Below, in pieces: positions 29,922 through 39,642 of a DNA stretch of 64,000 nt. Below the pieces are notes generated by a model, which did no database searches, was not told the origin of the DNA, and saw only the letters and a list, made by a program, of their open reading frames with translations. The stretch is from a virus. The stretch spans positions 1 to 64,000 of the IMG/VR virus record IMGVR_UViG_3300013136_000003; one strand, written 5' to 3'. How positions within the stretch are numbered: position 1 is the stretch's first letter; each line of letters begins with the position of its first letter. The position numbers were made by a program, and so were the translations under genes.

Positions 29922-31038
29922 ATTTGTGAGTTTCTAATAAGTACTTAGCGTACTCGACCGGCCGTTTTATAGCAGCTTCTCTAATGTCTGGCAGTATCTT
30001 AAACAAATTTCTTCCAGGAACGGAATTCACTTCTATCAGGTGAATCTTACCAGTCTGATCGATCAAAAAGTCCATTCCTACTTCGCCTATTGGTCCGACT
30101 TTATTTTCAAGTATCGTAAACAATCTCTTAGCATAGGACCGTATCGATTCAGCAATAGGTCCTTTCATATCTTGGTTGAACAGGGTTTCAAGTATCGAAC
30201 TTAGTGGGGCTTTTCCTCCTCCCTGGTGCAAGTTTGCAGTTATCCGGTTCGGTGCAGCGGTTCTGGCAGCCATGCCAGTTCTAATAGGTTTTCCATCAGA
30301 TCCTTTTTGGTAAATGACCCTAACGTCGAAGACAGAGTTCTGGTACTTCGGAAGAGCTATCTTTTCCTGAACGATGTATCGTCTTGAAAAGGTTCTCATT
30401 CTTTCGCGTATTGATTTTATTCGGTCTAACAGCTGATCTTCTGAACACACGATTGATTTATCCTCGTAAACCAATTCGTAAGATTTTCCGTTCTTGGTCA
30501 CGCTTATTATTCCTTTTCCACCGGAACCGAACCGTGGTTTCAAGATTGCTTTAGGTCTCTGTTGAAGAAATGGGATCAAACCCTCATCTGTGTATTTTTC
30601 TGTGTACGGAAGACCTAATTCTCCAAGGTCCTCGTTTACCAAGCTCTCGTAAGTTAGTTGTTTGTCCAAAGCTAACTTTCTAAAGTTCGCTGAGTTTAAC
30701 GGAATGCAGCCTAATTCAGCCAAGTACTTTGTGCTGGATTTTCCTTCCATGTACTTTCTAACTCTAAAGCTGCGGTTGTAAAAAACCTTAGGAAGTCCGC
30801 GTTTTTCTGAGATCCACCGGCCGTCTCTAAACTTCCAACCTATCGTTCCGTTTTTTGAAAAATCCGTGAAAACAAAAGCATCTAGACCGATCTTTTCGGC
30901 TTTTTCCAGCAATCTCTTGAAATAACCAGTCTGCTCTCCAAATTTTGAGCTTCTGCCCTTGTCCCCTAATATCCCAAAGGATCGTTCGATTTGGGGTTGG
31001 TTAATGTACTGGTTGAATTCGAATACGTACTGGTTCAT
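29920..31038 (-). CDS. YheC/YheD-family ATP-grasp ligase
   Basis: LPKVFYNR, ILKPRFGSGGKGI, YIVQEKI, FDVRVIYQK, ITANLHQGG, EVGMDFLID, LIEVNSVPG. Confidence 0.85.
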   Translation of the reverse strand: MNQYVFEFNQYINQPQIERSFGILGDKGRSSKFGEQTGYFKRLLEKAEKIGLDAFVFTDFSKNGTIGWKFRDGRWISEKRGLPKVFYNRSFRVRKYMEGKSSTKYLAELGCIPLNSANFRKLALDKQLTYESLVNEDLGELGLPYTEKYTDEGLIPFLQQRPKAILKPRFGSGGKGIISVTKNGKSYELVYEDKSIVCSEDQLLDRIKSIRERMRTFSRRYIVQEKIALPKYQNSVFDVRVIYQKGSDGKPIRTGMAARTAAPNRITANLHQGGGKAPLSSILETLFNQDMKGPIAESIRSYAKRLFTILENKVGPIGEVGMDFLIDQTGKIHLIEVNSVPGRNLFKILPDIREAAIKRPVEYAKYLLETHK

Positions 31039-31116
31039 CTGATTTATTTATTCGAAAATACTGAGGTGAAACGCGTATGGCTAGGTGAATAAATAAATAA
31101 CAAAGTCCAAAAATAC

Positions 31117-32949
31117 ATGACACACATGAACGATCTAAACATCAAGAGCTTTGACGAATTCGTAAAAACCGTGAACGAATCGGCAAACGAAACCGAAAAA
31201 GTAACGGAAAAGGAAGTTTGGAGACTTTCTGGAAAAAGAACGGATGCTGCTGGCGGTGAGGACGAGTACAGTAAGCTGACGATAAAGGACGAAGGCAAAA
31301 AGATAAAAGTTGTCGTTTCCAAACCAGTCGCGCCTGATGAAAAGATACGATACGATTTTAAAGTGGTAACTTCCTCCCCTGACGATCAAGTAGCAGAACA
31401 GGAAGCAATGAACCACATCGCTAACCTAATAGCTGACCAGGTAAATCAGAAAAAGATAACAGCTGACATGGTCGGTTTCATAAACACCGAAAAGGCTCAA
31501 AGACGCGCTCTTGGCGATTACATAGTCGCTGGAGTTCTATCCTTTTACCCAGTCACCAAGTTTACCAATTTGGACAAAGTTACGCCAGTCAATAAATTTC
31601 CGGTTCCGACTACTGAAGAAAAAACAGAAACTAACGTTCCTGTAACTAGCCGAGTGGTAGAAGCGGATAAATCGATTAATGAGGCGGCTGACGTTAAGAT
31701 TTACAAATACGATCAAATGAAAGACCTTTTATCTTCTAGCGCTCAGCCAGGAATGAACATCGCTTCTGCCTCAGCTGTGTCAGGCGAAAAAGTAGAAGAC
31801 CCAGGAACAGATAAATCTCAACCTGACGCTAGTACTACTCAAACTACTACAGTTGCCCCTACTCAAACGGCTGCCGAAGCTGAACCAACTGAAAGAGCTA
31901 TATCTTTCGAGTATATTAGGAGTAGTATGACTGTCGATCCAAGAGTAAAAGAGCTCCAGTCACGGATTCTATCAAAGGGTGAAACTGATCCGAAGATTAA
32001 AGTAGCAGCAGATTTCATACGAGCAAAAGGCGGAGCCGACGGAAAATTCGGAGATGCAACAGGCCGAGCTATTTCACAGATATTGAAAGGAAACCCAGAA
32101 CCACCAACTCTATACATTGATAATGTTACTTCAGATAGGTTGGTAACTGCTTTGCGCGGAACTATTTACAATAGAGAGCAGCAAACTCCGCAAACTACAC
32201 AAGCGCCAGTCACGCAACCGAATACGCAGTCAGAGCAACCTGTTCAAACTGAACAGCCTCTAGCTACAACTCCGCCAGGCGGTGCAGTTCAAGTAAAGAC
32301 TCCTGCCGGAAGCACATTTAACGTTCTTCTAGAGGCTAAAAAGTTCAACTATTTTAACTACGCTCGAACTGTCGAACTTCTAAAGTTTCGGCCAGTGAAC
32401 GAAGGAAAGCTCGAACTTTTGAAATCCGGAGCACGCGGAGGTCAGTACAAATGGGCATGGGACACTTTGATGAATGGAATAGGTACTCAGATCGATAGTG
32501 GAGTAACTTACGGAGCGATAAACACCCAGCTCGTTCAGAACGATCCAAAATCGGTGGTCCAAGTACGATGGTCGATGGACGCTAGCAGAAACGTTTCGCT
32601 TTACGTAGTAGGAGAATTTACCAGAACGCAAGCCGACGATACAAAAGCTACTGAAATATGCGAACTTATAAAAGCGCAGTTTTCAAACGAAGTCTTTTGG
32701 AAACCGGCTAAAGGCTGGCCGAACGATAACGAACGTACCGCTCAGGAGCTGTACAACAATTGGTACACCAAAAACATTCTCCCAAGACTCAGGTCAATGA
32801 ACCAAGCTGATCCGAACGTTGCAGCTATTAAAAACGCAGACGTCGACATCAGAAGAAGATTGTGGGGTAACACAGGAAACGATACAGCTAGGTGGCAGAT
32901 CGAAACTCTGGACGGGCCTATGAGTTATTCAGTTAACACAGACTTCTAA
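31117..32949 (+). CDS. Putative internal head protein with peptidoglycan-binding-like domain
   Basis: IKSFDEFVKTVNES leader; RVKELQSRIL...GADGKFGDATGRAI motif; late promoter. Confidence 0.55.
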   Translation: MTHMNDLNIKSFDEFVKTVNESANETEKVTEKEVWRLSGKRTDAAGGEDEYSKLTIKDEGKKIKVVVSKPVAPDEKIRYDFKVVTSSPDDQVAEQEAMNHIANLIADQVNQKKITADMVGFINTEKAQRRALGDYIVAGVLSFYPVTKFTNLDKVTPVNKFPVPTTEEKTETNVPVTSRVVEADKSINEAADVKIYKYDQMKDLLSSSAQPGMNIASASAVSGEKVEDPGTDKSQPDASTTQTTTVAPTQTAAEAEPTERAISFEYIRSSMTVDPRVKELQSRILSKGETDPKIKVAADFIRAKGGADGKFGDATGRAISQILKGNPEPPTLYIDNVTSDRLVTALRGTIYNREQQTPQTTQAPVTQPNTQSEQPVQTEQPLATTPPGGAVQVKTPAGSTFNVLLEAKKFNYFNYARTVELLKFRPVNEGKLELLKSGARGGQYKWAWDTLMNGIGTQIDSGVTYGAINTQLVQNDPKSVVQVRWSMDASRNVSLYVVGEFTRTQADDTKATEICELIKAQFSNEVFWKPAKGWPNDNERTAQELYNNWYTKNILPRLRSMNQADPNVAAIKNADVDIRRRLWGNTGNDTARWQIETLDGPMSYSVNTDF

Positions 32950-32966
32950 TAGTTGCTAAATATTAC

Positions 32967-32995
32967 AAAAACCGCATCTTTGGTGCGGTTTTTTT
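32967..32995 (+). terminator. Rho-independent terminator
   Basis: AAAAACCGCA/TGCGGTTTTTTT. Confidence 0.85.
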
Positions 32996-33030
32996 ATGCC
33001 CAAAGAGTTGCTGGTTAGTATAATAACCGC

Positions 33031-34323
33031 ATGAAAAACGAACTTACACACGTGGCCAATTTCGTCGAGGAAATGAAAGCCACTTCTTCAACCAACGCAA
33101 AGAAAGAAATCATTGCAAAGTACGATTCTCCGTTTCTTAGGAAACTGTTCGAGTACGTCTACAATCCGTTCAAACAGTACTATGTCACTTCTTCGAGTTT
33201 GATAAAGCACCCAGAGCTTTCAACAAACGGCCACGATGATCTGTTCGCTCTACTTGATGATCTGAGCTCACGGCGCATCACTGGTCATGCTGCAATCTCA
33301 GCGGTGAATGGTTTTATTGAAAAGAACAGCGAGTTCGCAAGCATCCTCTACGATGTCATCGATCGCAACATCAAAACACGAGCAACTACTTCCCTGATCA
33401 ACAAAGTTCTTCCTGGAACGATACCTACCTTCGAGGTTGCTCTAGCACAAAAGTTCAGGGACCACGTAAAGAAAGTAAAGTTCGAATCAAAGCTCTGGTG
33501 GGCTAGCCGAAAACTCGACGGGCTCCGTTGCATTGTCATATTTGACGCAGACGGAGAAGTACGGTTCTTCTCTCGTAAAGGAAAGGAATTTTTCACGCTT
33601 TCTGTCCTAGCAGAGGATCTGAAGAAGCTCAACCTTCGTAACAAGGTTCTCGACGGAGAAATATGCATCATGAAGGAAGACGGTCTGGAAGATTTCCAGG
33701 GAATTTTGAAAGAAGCCAGAACAGACGATCACACAATAGAAAACCCAATGTACCAGGTGTTCGATTTCCTGGAACTCGAAGAGTTTGTTAACGAAGAAGG
33801 CCAGGTGACTTTCACCGCTAGACAGATCATGCTCAATGCTCTTTTCGGAATGCACCAACTAAAAAACGCAAAAGTTCTCGAACAGATCCAAGTCGAAAGT
33901 CAAGAACACTTTGACCAACTAGTAAAGGACGCAGAAACCGCAGGTTACGAGGGCATCATGCTACGTAAGGACGTTGGGTACGAGGGAAAGAGGACTGCTA
34001 ACTTATTGAAAGTAAAACAAATGGAAGATGCTGAGTATGTGGTTATCGATTACGAAGTAGGACCTATGAGAATCATCGAAAACGGAGTTGAGATCGAAGA
34101 AGTGATGCTGCGTAACGTTAGAATTCTTCACAAAGGCGATCCGGTTGACGTCGGCTCAGGTTTTTCTCTTGAACAAAGACGTCGCTTTTTTCAAAACCCT
34201 GAGGAAATTATGAATAAGACAATAACAGTCAACTACTTCGAAGAAACAAAAGACCAGCACGGAAAAAATTCACTTAGGTTTCCAGTATTTAAGGGAATAT
34301 ACGGAGACGATCGTGACATGTAG
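33031..34323 (+). CDS. ATP-dependent DNA ligase
   Basis: RKLDGLR (motif I), VLDGEI, VFD, YEGIMLR, LLKVK, VGSGF, SLRFP. Confidence 0.93.
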   Translation: MKNELTHVANFVEEMKATSSTNAKKEIIAKYDSPFLRKLFEYVYNPFKQYYVTSSSLIKHPELSTNGHDDLFALLDDLSSRRITGHAAISAVNGFIEKNSEFASILYDVIDRNIKTRATTSLINKVLPGTIPTFEVALAQKFRDHVKKVKFESKLWWASRKLDGLRCIVIFDADGEVRFFSRKGKEFFTLSVLAEDLKKLNLRNKVLDGEICIMKEDGLEDFQGILKEARTDDHTIENPMYQVFDFLELEEFVNEEGQVTFTARQIMLNALFGMHQLKNAKVLEQIQVESQEHFDQLVKDAETAGYEGIMLRKDVGYEGKRTANLLKVKQMEDAEYVVIDYEVGPMRIIENGVEIEEVMLRNVRILHKGDPVDVGSGFSLEQRRRFFQNPEEIMNKTITVNYFEETKDQHGKNSLRFPVFKGIYGDDRDM

Positions 34324-34362
34324 ATATTTCGAAGAGGCCTAGGATAAATAAACATAAATTGT

Positions 34363-35133
34363 ATGATTATGAAATATTATGTTTATGTCTATTACGATCC
34401 TATTGTAGATATTCCGAGATATGTTGGGAAAGGTACAAAAAATAGAGATACGTCACATTGGCTACGACGAAAAAATCATAATAATAGATTGTTTAGAGAA
34501 TTTTTAATATCTCTAGAAACTCAAAATCTTCAACCAAAAATAAAAAGAATTAAAGAAGGTCTTTCTAATTTTGAAGCTTTTTTATTAGAAAATCAACTGA
34601 TTAAAAAGTACGGTAGATTAGAGTTTGATAAAAACGGAACATTATTTAATCGATCATTGAGCTTCGAATTTGCCGAACAATCTTATCTTAATTCACAGAC
34701 ATCCACCGACCGATACTTTAATAGTAAACATTTTAATTGCATAGATTTAACAGATGATGAAATTAAAGAAATCATTCACTTATATGTCGATAAAAAATTT
34801 GGAATAGTTAGTATCGCTAAAATGTTTTGTCATGGACCTGACAAAATAAAAAAAATTTTGACAGATAACAATATTTTGATACGAAATAGAGGTGGACAAA
34901 TCGGTACTGACAACGGAATGTATGGAAAAACTCGTGTAAAAAACGATTTTTTTAAAGGAAAATTTCACACAAGTGCCTCCAAATTAAAAATTTCTAATTC
35001 TCTTAAAAAACCGGTGACTATAAACGATGTAAAATATTCAAGTATGAAGGACGCCGCTGATTTTTTAGGTTTCGCTTACTCCACGTTTAAGAGATTAGTA
35101 AAAATAGGAAAAATTAAAATCCAAAAAGAATAA
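34363..35133 (+). CDS. GIY-YIG homing endonuclease
   Basis: YYVYVYYDP...RYVGKGT..R; markedly AT-rich; NUMOD-like FFKGKFHTSASKLKIS. Confidence 0.8.
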   Translation: MIMKYYVYVYYDPIVDIPRYVGKGTKNRDTSHWLRRKNHNNRLFREFLISLETQNLQPKIKRIKEGLSNFEAFLLENQLIKKYGRLEFDKNGTLFNRSLSFEFAEQSYLNSQTSTDRYFNSKHFNCIDLTDDEIKEIIHLYVDKKFGIVSIAKMFCHGPDKIKKILTDNNILIRNRGGQIGTDNGMYGKTRVKNDFFKGKFHTSASKLKISNSLKKPVTINDVKYSSMKDAADFLGFAYSTFKRLVKIGKIKIQKE

Positions 35134-35564
35134 TGGAACACAGATTAATGATCGATAACGATCTCCTAGCGCCGCACAATCTAGTTGCGGACCTTGATAA
35201 GATACTTTCTCCACTGGGAGTACACCTCGAAATAGAGAACAAAGAGCACGACGGTTACGATGTGTGCATAGTCACAGTCCCGGAAAAAACGCAGACAGGC
35301 GTAGACCTGATCGCAGCTGAAAGAAAAAGGCAGATTGAGGAAGAAGGTTGGCCTGCCGAACACGATGACAAGCACACTAACGAATCTATTTCTATCGCTG
35401 CCGCTTGTTACGCATTACCTGCTAATTTGCGTTTTACCATCATGCATCTCTGGCCCTGGGACAGAAAATGGTTCAAACCGTCAATCGACCGCATAAGAGA
35501 CCTGGTAAAAGCTGGGGCTCTTATCGCTGCTGAAATAGACAGAGGAAAACGATTAAACCAGTAA
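35133..35564 (+). CDS. Conserved phage protein (IAAERKRQ...EGW...HDD family)
   Basis: IAAERKRQIEEEGW, AAACYA, WPW...WFKP, RDLVKAGALIAAEIDR. Confidence 0.7.
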   Translation: MEHRLMIDNDLLAPHNLVADLDKILSPLGVHLEIENKEHDGYDVCIVTVPEKTQTGVDLIAAERKRQIEEEGWPAEHDDKHTNESISIAAACYALPANLRFTIMHLWPWDRKWFKPSIDRIRDLVKAGALIAAEIDRGKRLNQ

Positions 35565-35566
35565 CT

Positions 35567-36694
35567 ATGAACACTAACGTGTACAACATTGACGCGATTG
35601 CTGTTGAAAACGGCATAGAACGATACTGGGACTACGTCAAGAAGAATAATCCAGCGAACGATAAACCGTATCATAACTTTTGGCACACAAGCTGTGTTGT
35701 GAATTACTGTAACGAGATAGCTGAGGACGAAGAGCTTGACGGTCTTTCAAAAAAGAAGCTTCTCCTAGCTGCTATGTTTCACGATTTTGCGCACCACTCA
35801 AAGGACGATGCTCGAAACGTAACCGTGGCTAAGGAAATGTTCAAAATCGCTACGTACATTCTTGAACCGAACCTCTACAATACGCCGGACTTCGGCCGAT
35901 TGATCATGGACGTTTGCAACATAATTGATGCTACAAAGTACCCGTACGCAGTTCCAGAAGATCGACTGACTCTAAGCCAAAAAGTTATACGAGATGCTGA
36001 CCTGCTACAGTGGACGGAAGCAACTATCACCGAACACACTTTTGCTGGGCTAGCAAAGGAAATGGAGATTCCTCTGACCATGTTCCTGCCAAAGAACAAA
36101 CAGTTCATTCTTAACATCAAGTACCACACCGAGTGGGCAAATCACAGAGCAAGCATCATGCTTCCTCACCAACTTGAAAAGCTTGAAGTGTTCGAAAAGA
36201 TGATAGCTGAACTCGGTCACAAGCGCATCGTTCTAGTTGCTAGGGCTGCTTCTAGAAAAGATTTTTTACGAAACAAATTCGAAGCTCGAGGTTTCAAACC
36301 ATCCATCAGCATCACAAACCGGCCTCCAAGACCAGGAGAAATAGAAGGTAAGGATTACTTCTTCATCACGGAATCGAAAGCCGAGCAGATGATAGAGAAC
36401 GACGAGTTCTACGAGTACGTTAGGTTCAACACCTGGCTTTACGGAACGACAAAGAAACAATTCATGGAAGATGACGTTTTCATCATGACGCCTGCCGGAG
36501 TTTCAAAGATTCAACCTGAAGACAGAAAGAGTTGTTTCATCATTTACTTGGACATACCAGAAGACACACGAAAGCTCAGACTTCTTCAGAGACAGATGCC
36601 AGGAGATACGGTTGACCGACGAATAGAGGCCGACGAGGAAGATTTTCGAAATTTCAAGGATTACGACATGCGGGTAACTAATCCAGATTTCTAA
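35567..36694 (+). CDS. HD-domain hydrolase fused to a guanylate-kinase-like domain
   Basis: PYHNFWH, MFHDFAH, IRDADL; C-terminal SITNRPPRPGEIEGKDYFF, WLYGT. Confidence 0.8.
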   Translation: MNTNVYNIDAIAVENGIERYWDYVKKNNPANDKPYHNFWHTSCVVNYCNEIAEDEELDGLSKKKLLLAAMFHDFAHHSKDDARNVTVAKEMFKIATYILEPNLYNTPDFGRLIMDVCNIIDATKYPYAVPEDRLTLSQKVIRDADLLQWTEATITEHTFAGLAKEMEIPLTMFLPKNKQFILNIKYHTEWANHRASIMLPHQLEKLEVFEKMIAELGHKRIVLVARAASRKDFLRNKFEARGFKPSISITNRPPRPGEIEGKDYFFITESKAEQMIENDEFYEYVRFNTWLYGTTKKQFMEDDVFIMTPAGVSKIQPEDRKSCFIIYLDIPEDTRKLRLLQRQMPGDTVDRRIEADEEDFRNFKDYDMRVTNPDF

Positions 36695-36705
36695 AATAAT
36701 TAAAA

Positions 36706-37062
36706 ATGAAGAAATGCATCATCATCACGGCTGACACAAACGATGCCGATTACATTACTAAGAAAACAGAAATCACAGATGAACAGATCGAACAGATCAA
36801 ACCTGTGATAGCTGCTATCCAAGCTAGACGTGATAAACTAAATGAGGATCGCCATACTAATTGGAATAAGTGGGGACACAATTGGGAGACGTCTGAATAC
36901 GGAAAACTTGGAACGCCAAGTAAGATGTACGTTGACACTGGGATATTGACGGAAGAACAAGTTCAACTATTTAATGAATTCGTGCCGTATGGCGAATACG
37001 GGGTTCACACAATAAAAACCGTTGACATCCTGGTAGTATCAGAAGAAATACAATTATTTTAA
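36706..37062 (+). CDS. Hypothetical phage protein
   Basis: ORF; ADTNDADY motif. Confidence 0.65.
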   Translation: MKKCIIITADTNDADYITKKTEITDEQIEQIKPVIAAIQARRDKLNEDRHTNWNKWGHNWETSEYGKLGTPSKMYVDTGILTEEQVQLFNEFVPYGEYGVHTIKTVDILVVSEEIQLF

Positions 37063-37071
37063 CATACGAAA

Positions 37072-37485
37072 ATGAACACATTTGAATTAACTGGAAACAT
37101 TGTCGAGATCATGTCGACACAGACCTTTAACAAAGGCTTCAAAAAAAGAGAATTTGTCATCGAGACAGAAGACGGCAGGTTCACGCAAAAAATTCTGTTC
37201 CAAGCGGTTCAGGACAAGTGTGACATGCTGGATTCGTTCGGCATAGGCGACACAGTGAAGATCGCTTTTAACGTGAAGGGCAGAGAGTTCAACGGAAAGT
37301 ACTACAACGCTTTGGAAGCGTTCAGAGTTTTTGGAGAAAAGAGAGCTGACCCTATTTCCGACGAGCAGGACATCGACATTCTCGACGACCCTGAGCTCTT
37401 TCCTGAAAAAGGAAAACACTCTCCCAGAAAGAGCGAACTCGAAAAGGTTCCTATGCTCGACCAGGAGGATGAGTTACCATTTTGA
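37072..37485 (+). CDS. DUF3127-family single-stranded DNA-binding protein
   Basis: GFKKREFVIET, FNVKGREFNGKYYNAL, acidic tail ending DELPF. Confidence 0.85.
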   Translation: MNTFELTGNIVEIMSTQTFNKGFKKREFVIETEDGRFTQKILFQAVQDKCDMLDSFGIGDTVKIAFNVKGREFNGKYYNALEAFRVFGEKRADPISDEQDIDILDDPELFPEKGKHSPRKSELEKVPMLDQEDELPF

Positions 37486-37497
37486 ACAGAACGTAAA

Positions 37498-37944
37498 ATG
37501 GACATAGGATCCGGGAACGCATACCCAGCCAACGCGCTTAGCAACTTTGCTCCGCACCCTTTCGAGTTCGATGGGGTGCAGTGCAATTCTATGGAAGGCC
37601 TTCTACAGAGCTTCAAATTTTCTAGCGTTGACATGCAAAGAGAGGTTTGCAAGTTAGTCGGAAAGGCTGCTAAGTTTAAAGGAAAACGAAAAAATTGGCA
37701 ATCAACTCAGAAACTCTACTGGAACGGTACAGAATACGACAGATCGTCTGACGAGTACCAAGAATTGTTGGACAGAGCGTACGACGCACTGTTCGCCAAC
37801 GATTCCTTTAGAAAAGCTCTGGCTGCTTCCGGTTCCGCAACGTTAACCCACGAGATAGGACGCTCCAACGAGAAAGAAACTGTTCTCACTAAGCGAGAAT
37901 TCGTCTCGAGGCTAAAAAAATTAAGAGAAAGGTTATCACAATGA
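37498..37944 (+). CDS. NADAR-family protein (T4 gp30.3-like)
   Basis: ALSNFAPHPFEFDG..CNSMEGLLQSFK, LYWNG, FRKALAAS...LTHEIG. Confidence 0.8.
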   Translation: MDIGSGNAYPANALSNFAPHPFEFDGVQCNSMEGLLQSFKFSSVDMQREVCKLVGKAAKFKGKRKNWQSTQKLYWNGTEYDRSSDEYQELLDRAYDALFANDSFRKALAASGSATLTHEIGRSNEKETVLTKREFVSRLKKLRERLSQ

Positions 37945-38798
37945 TTTGCATTTATCACGGAATAGACCTGGACGGTTGGTGCAGCGCAGCGATTGTCAAG
38001 AACAAGTACCCTGATTGTAAGATGGTCCCGTACGACTACGGCCAGCCCGTTCCGGAGTTGGAAGAAGGAGAGGATCTAATCCTCGTTGACGTTTCCTTCT
38101 CGATGGACACTTTTAGAAAGTTTCTAGCGGAAGGACGCACCATTACCTGGCTAGATCATCACATCTCGGCAATACGAGAATTCGACAGAGATCTCAGGTA
38201 CGAAGTTCAAGGAAATAAAAAATTCCTCTTTTCACTAGACCCAAAGAAAGCAGCTTGCGAAATTACTTGGGAATTCATAAATCCTGACCTCGACATTCCG
38301 CGAGGTGTTCACCTTCTTGGAAGGTATGACTGCTTCGGCCACAAGGGAACGAGCGAGGAGTTTGCAGTCCTAGTGTTTCAGTACGCAGCACGAGCTCGTT
38401 GGAACGGGTGGAAAGAGACTAGCGAAGTTCTTCGTCTAACCAGAGAAGATCTCGTTCAGATGCACAATGCTGGACTCTACATCTACCAGAGCTTGTGCAC
38501 AGAAGCAAAGCAATCCTACGCTAAGGGTTTTGTCATCGAGTTCGACGGTTACCGATTCCTTGCAGTTAACAAGGAAAGGTTCAACCCGATCAATTTCGAG
38601 ATCAATTATCACAAAGATGGGTACGACGGGTTCGCTAGCTTTTATTTTGCGGATGGCCATTGGAAATTTTCACTGTACAATGACAACGGCAAAGTTGACT
38701 GCTCAGAGATCTGCACGCGCAGAGGTGGAGGAGGTCACGCTGGAGCAGCAGGATTCGTAACCAAAAACATAAACGATTATGTCCAAGCAGGAGTTTAA
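37941..38798 (+). CDS. DHH/DHHA1 phosphoesterase (NrnB-like)
   Basis: YHGIDLDG, LVDVS, WLDHH, GGGGHAGAAGF. Confidence 0.88.
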   Translation: MICIYHGIDLDGWCSAAIVKNKYPDCKMVPYDYGQPVPELEEGEDLILVDVSFSMDTFRKFLAEGRTITWLDHHISAIREFDRDLRYEVQGNKKFLFSLDPKKAACEITWEFINPDLDIPRGVHLLGRYDCFGHKGTSEEFAVLVFQYAARARWNGWKETSEVLRLTREDLVQMHNAGLYIYQSLCTEAKQSYAKGFVIEFDGYRFLAVNKERFNPINFEINYHKDGYDGFASFYFADGHWKFSLYNDNGKVDCSEICTRRGGGGHAGAAGFVTKNINDYVQAGV

Positions 38799-39069
38799 CA
38801 AAGTCAGCGAGTACAAACGTTATCGGTTCAACACAAAGGTTCAGCTTAATCACTCAGCAGTTCGTACCCCAGGAGGAGTAGTAACACACTTGATCACCAT
38901 AAACGACATGGGTGTAACGACCTACTACCGAACGTACGAATGCGTTTCGGGTGACCTGGAAAAGACGATCAACCTTGCTTACGCTAACGCGTGCGCTTGG
39001 GTTGATGACAGAGAGCACAAAGGAAAATCTGTCGAACAGATAACTCTAGAAAAATTGGGATTCGAATAA
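38779..39069 (+). CDS. Hypothetical protein
   Basis: ORF in operon. Confidence 0.6.
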   Translation: MSKQEFNKVSEYKRYRFNTKVQLNHSAVRTPGGVVTHLITINDMGVTTYYRTYECVSGDLEKTINLAYANACAWVDDREHKGKSVEQITLEKLGFE

Positions 39070-39070
39070 G

Positions 39071-39367
39071 ATGGAAACAAAAGTAGTTCACTGTAAGAAA
39101 GAACCGTACGATGTTTACATCGGCCGGCCCAGCAAGTGGGGAAACCCGTTCACTCACTTGAACGATACGACTCGGGCTCAGTTCAAAGTGGCAACACGAG
39201 AAGAAGCGATCGAAAAGTACGAAGAATGGATACGTCAGCAGCCTCAGCTGTTAGCAGACCTTCACGAACTTGACGGAAAAGTTCTTGGTTGTTGGTGCAA
39301 GCCGCAGGCCTGCCACGGAGACGTATTAGTTAAACTGATAAACGAACAAAAAAATCAACAAGCATGA
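39071..39367 (+). CDS. DUF4326-family protein
   Basis: YDVYIGRPSKWGNPF, LGCWCKPQACHGDVL. Confidence 0.88.
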   Translation: METKVVHCKKEPYDVYIGRPSKWGNPFTHLNDTTRAQFKVATREEAIEKYEEWIRQQPQLLADLHELDGKVLGCWCKPQACHGDVLVKLINEQKNQQA

Positions 39368-39582
39368 CAGTAAGAGCAAAATTCAAGTGCACGGAAGTGA
39401 CGATTACCGAGAGCGGTAAGAAGGTCACGTTAGTTCCAGTAACAGGCGGAAGCGCAGAAAACGAAACCTTTTTCAAATGGACGCCGTACGGCAAGCTTGA
39501 AATGGGAACTGTAAACGAAGAAGCAGCCGCGCAGTTTGAACCAGGGAAAGAGTATTACATCGATTTCACAAAAGCCGAGTAG
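39364..39582 (+). CDS. Small conserved phage protein
   Basis: VRAKFKC...ENETFFKWTPYG...FEPGKEYYIDF. Confidence 0.7.
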   Translation: MTVRAKFKCTEVTITESGKKVTLVPVTGGSAENETFFKWTPYGKLEMGTVNEEAAAQFEPGKEYYIDFTKAE

Positions 39583-39611
39583 TGAAATACGTCTCAATTG
39601 AATCGGTGAAC

Positions 39612-39642
39612 ACTTCACTAATAAATAAAGATAAAGTGAAGT
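39612..39642 (+). promoter_or_regulatory. Hairpin over the translation start region with a late promoter in its loop
   Basis: ACTTCACT-(AATAAATAAAGATAA)-AGTGAAGT abutting ATG 39643. Confidence 0.7.
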
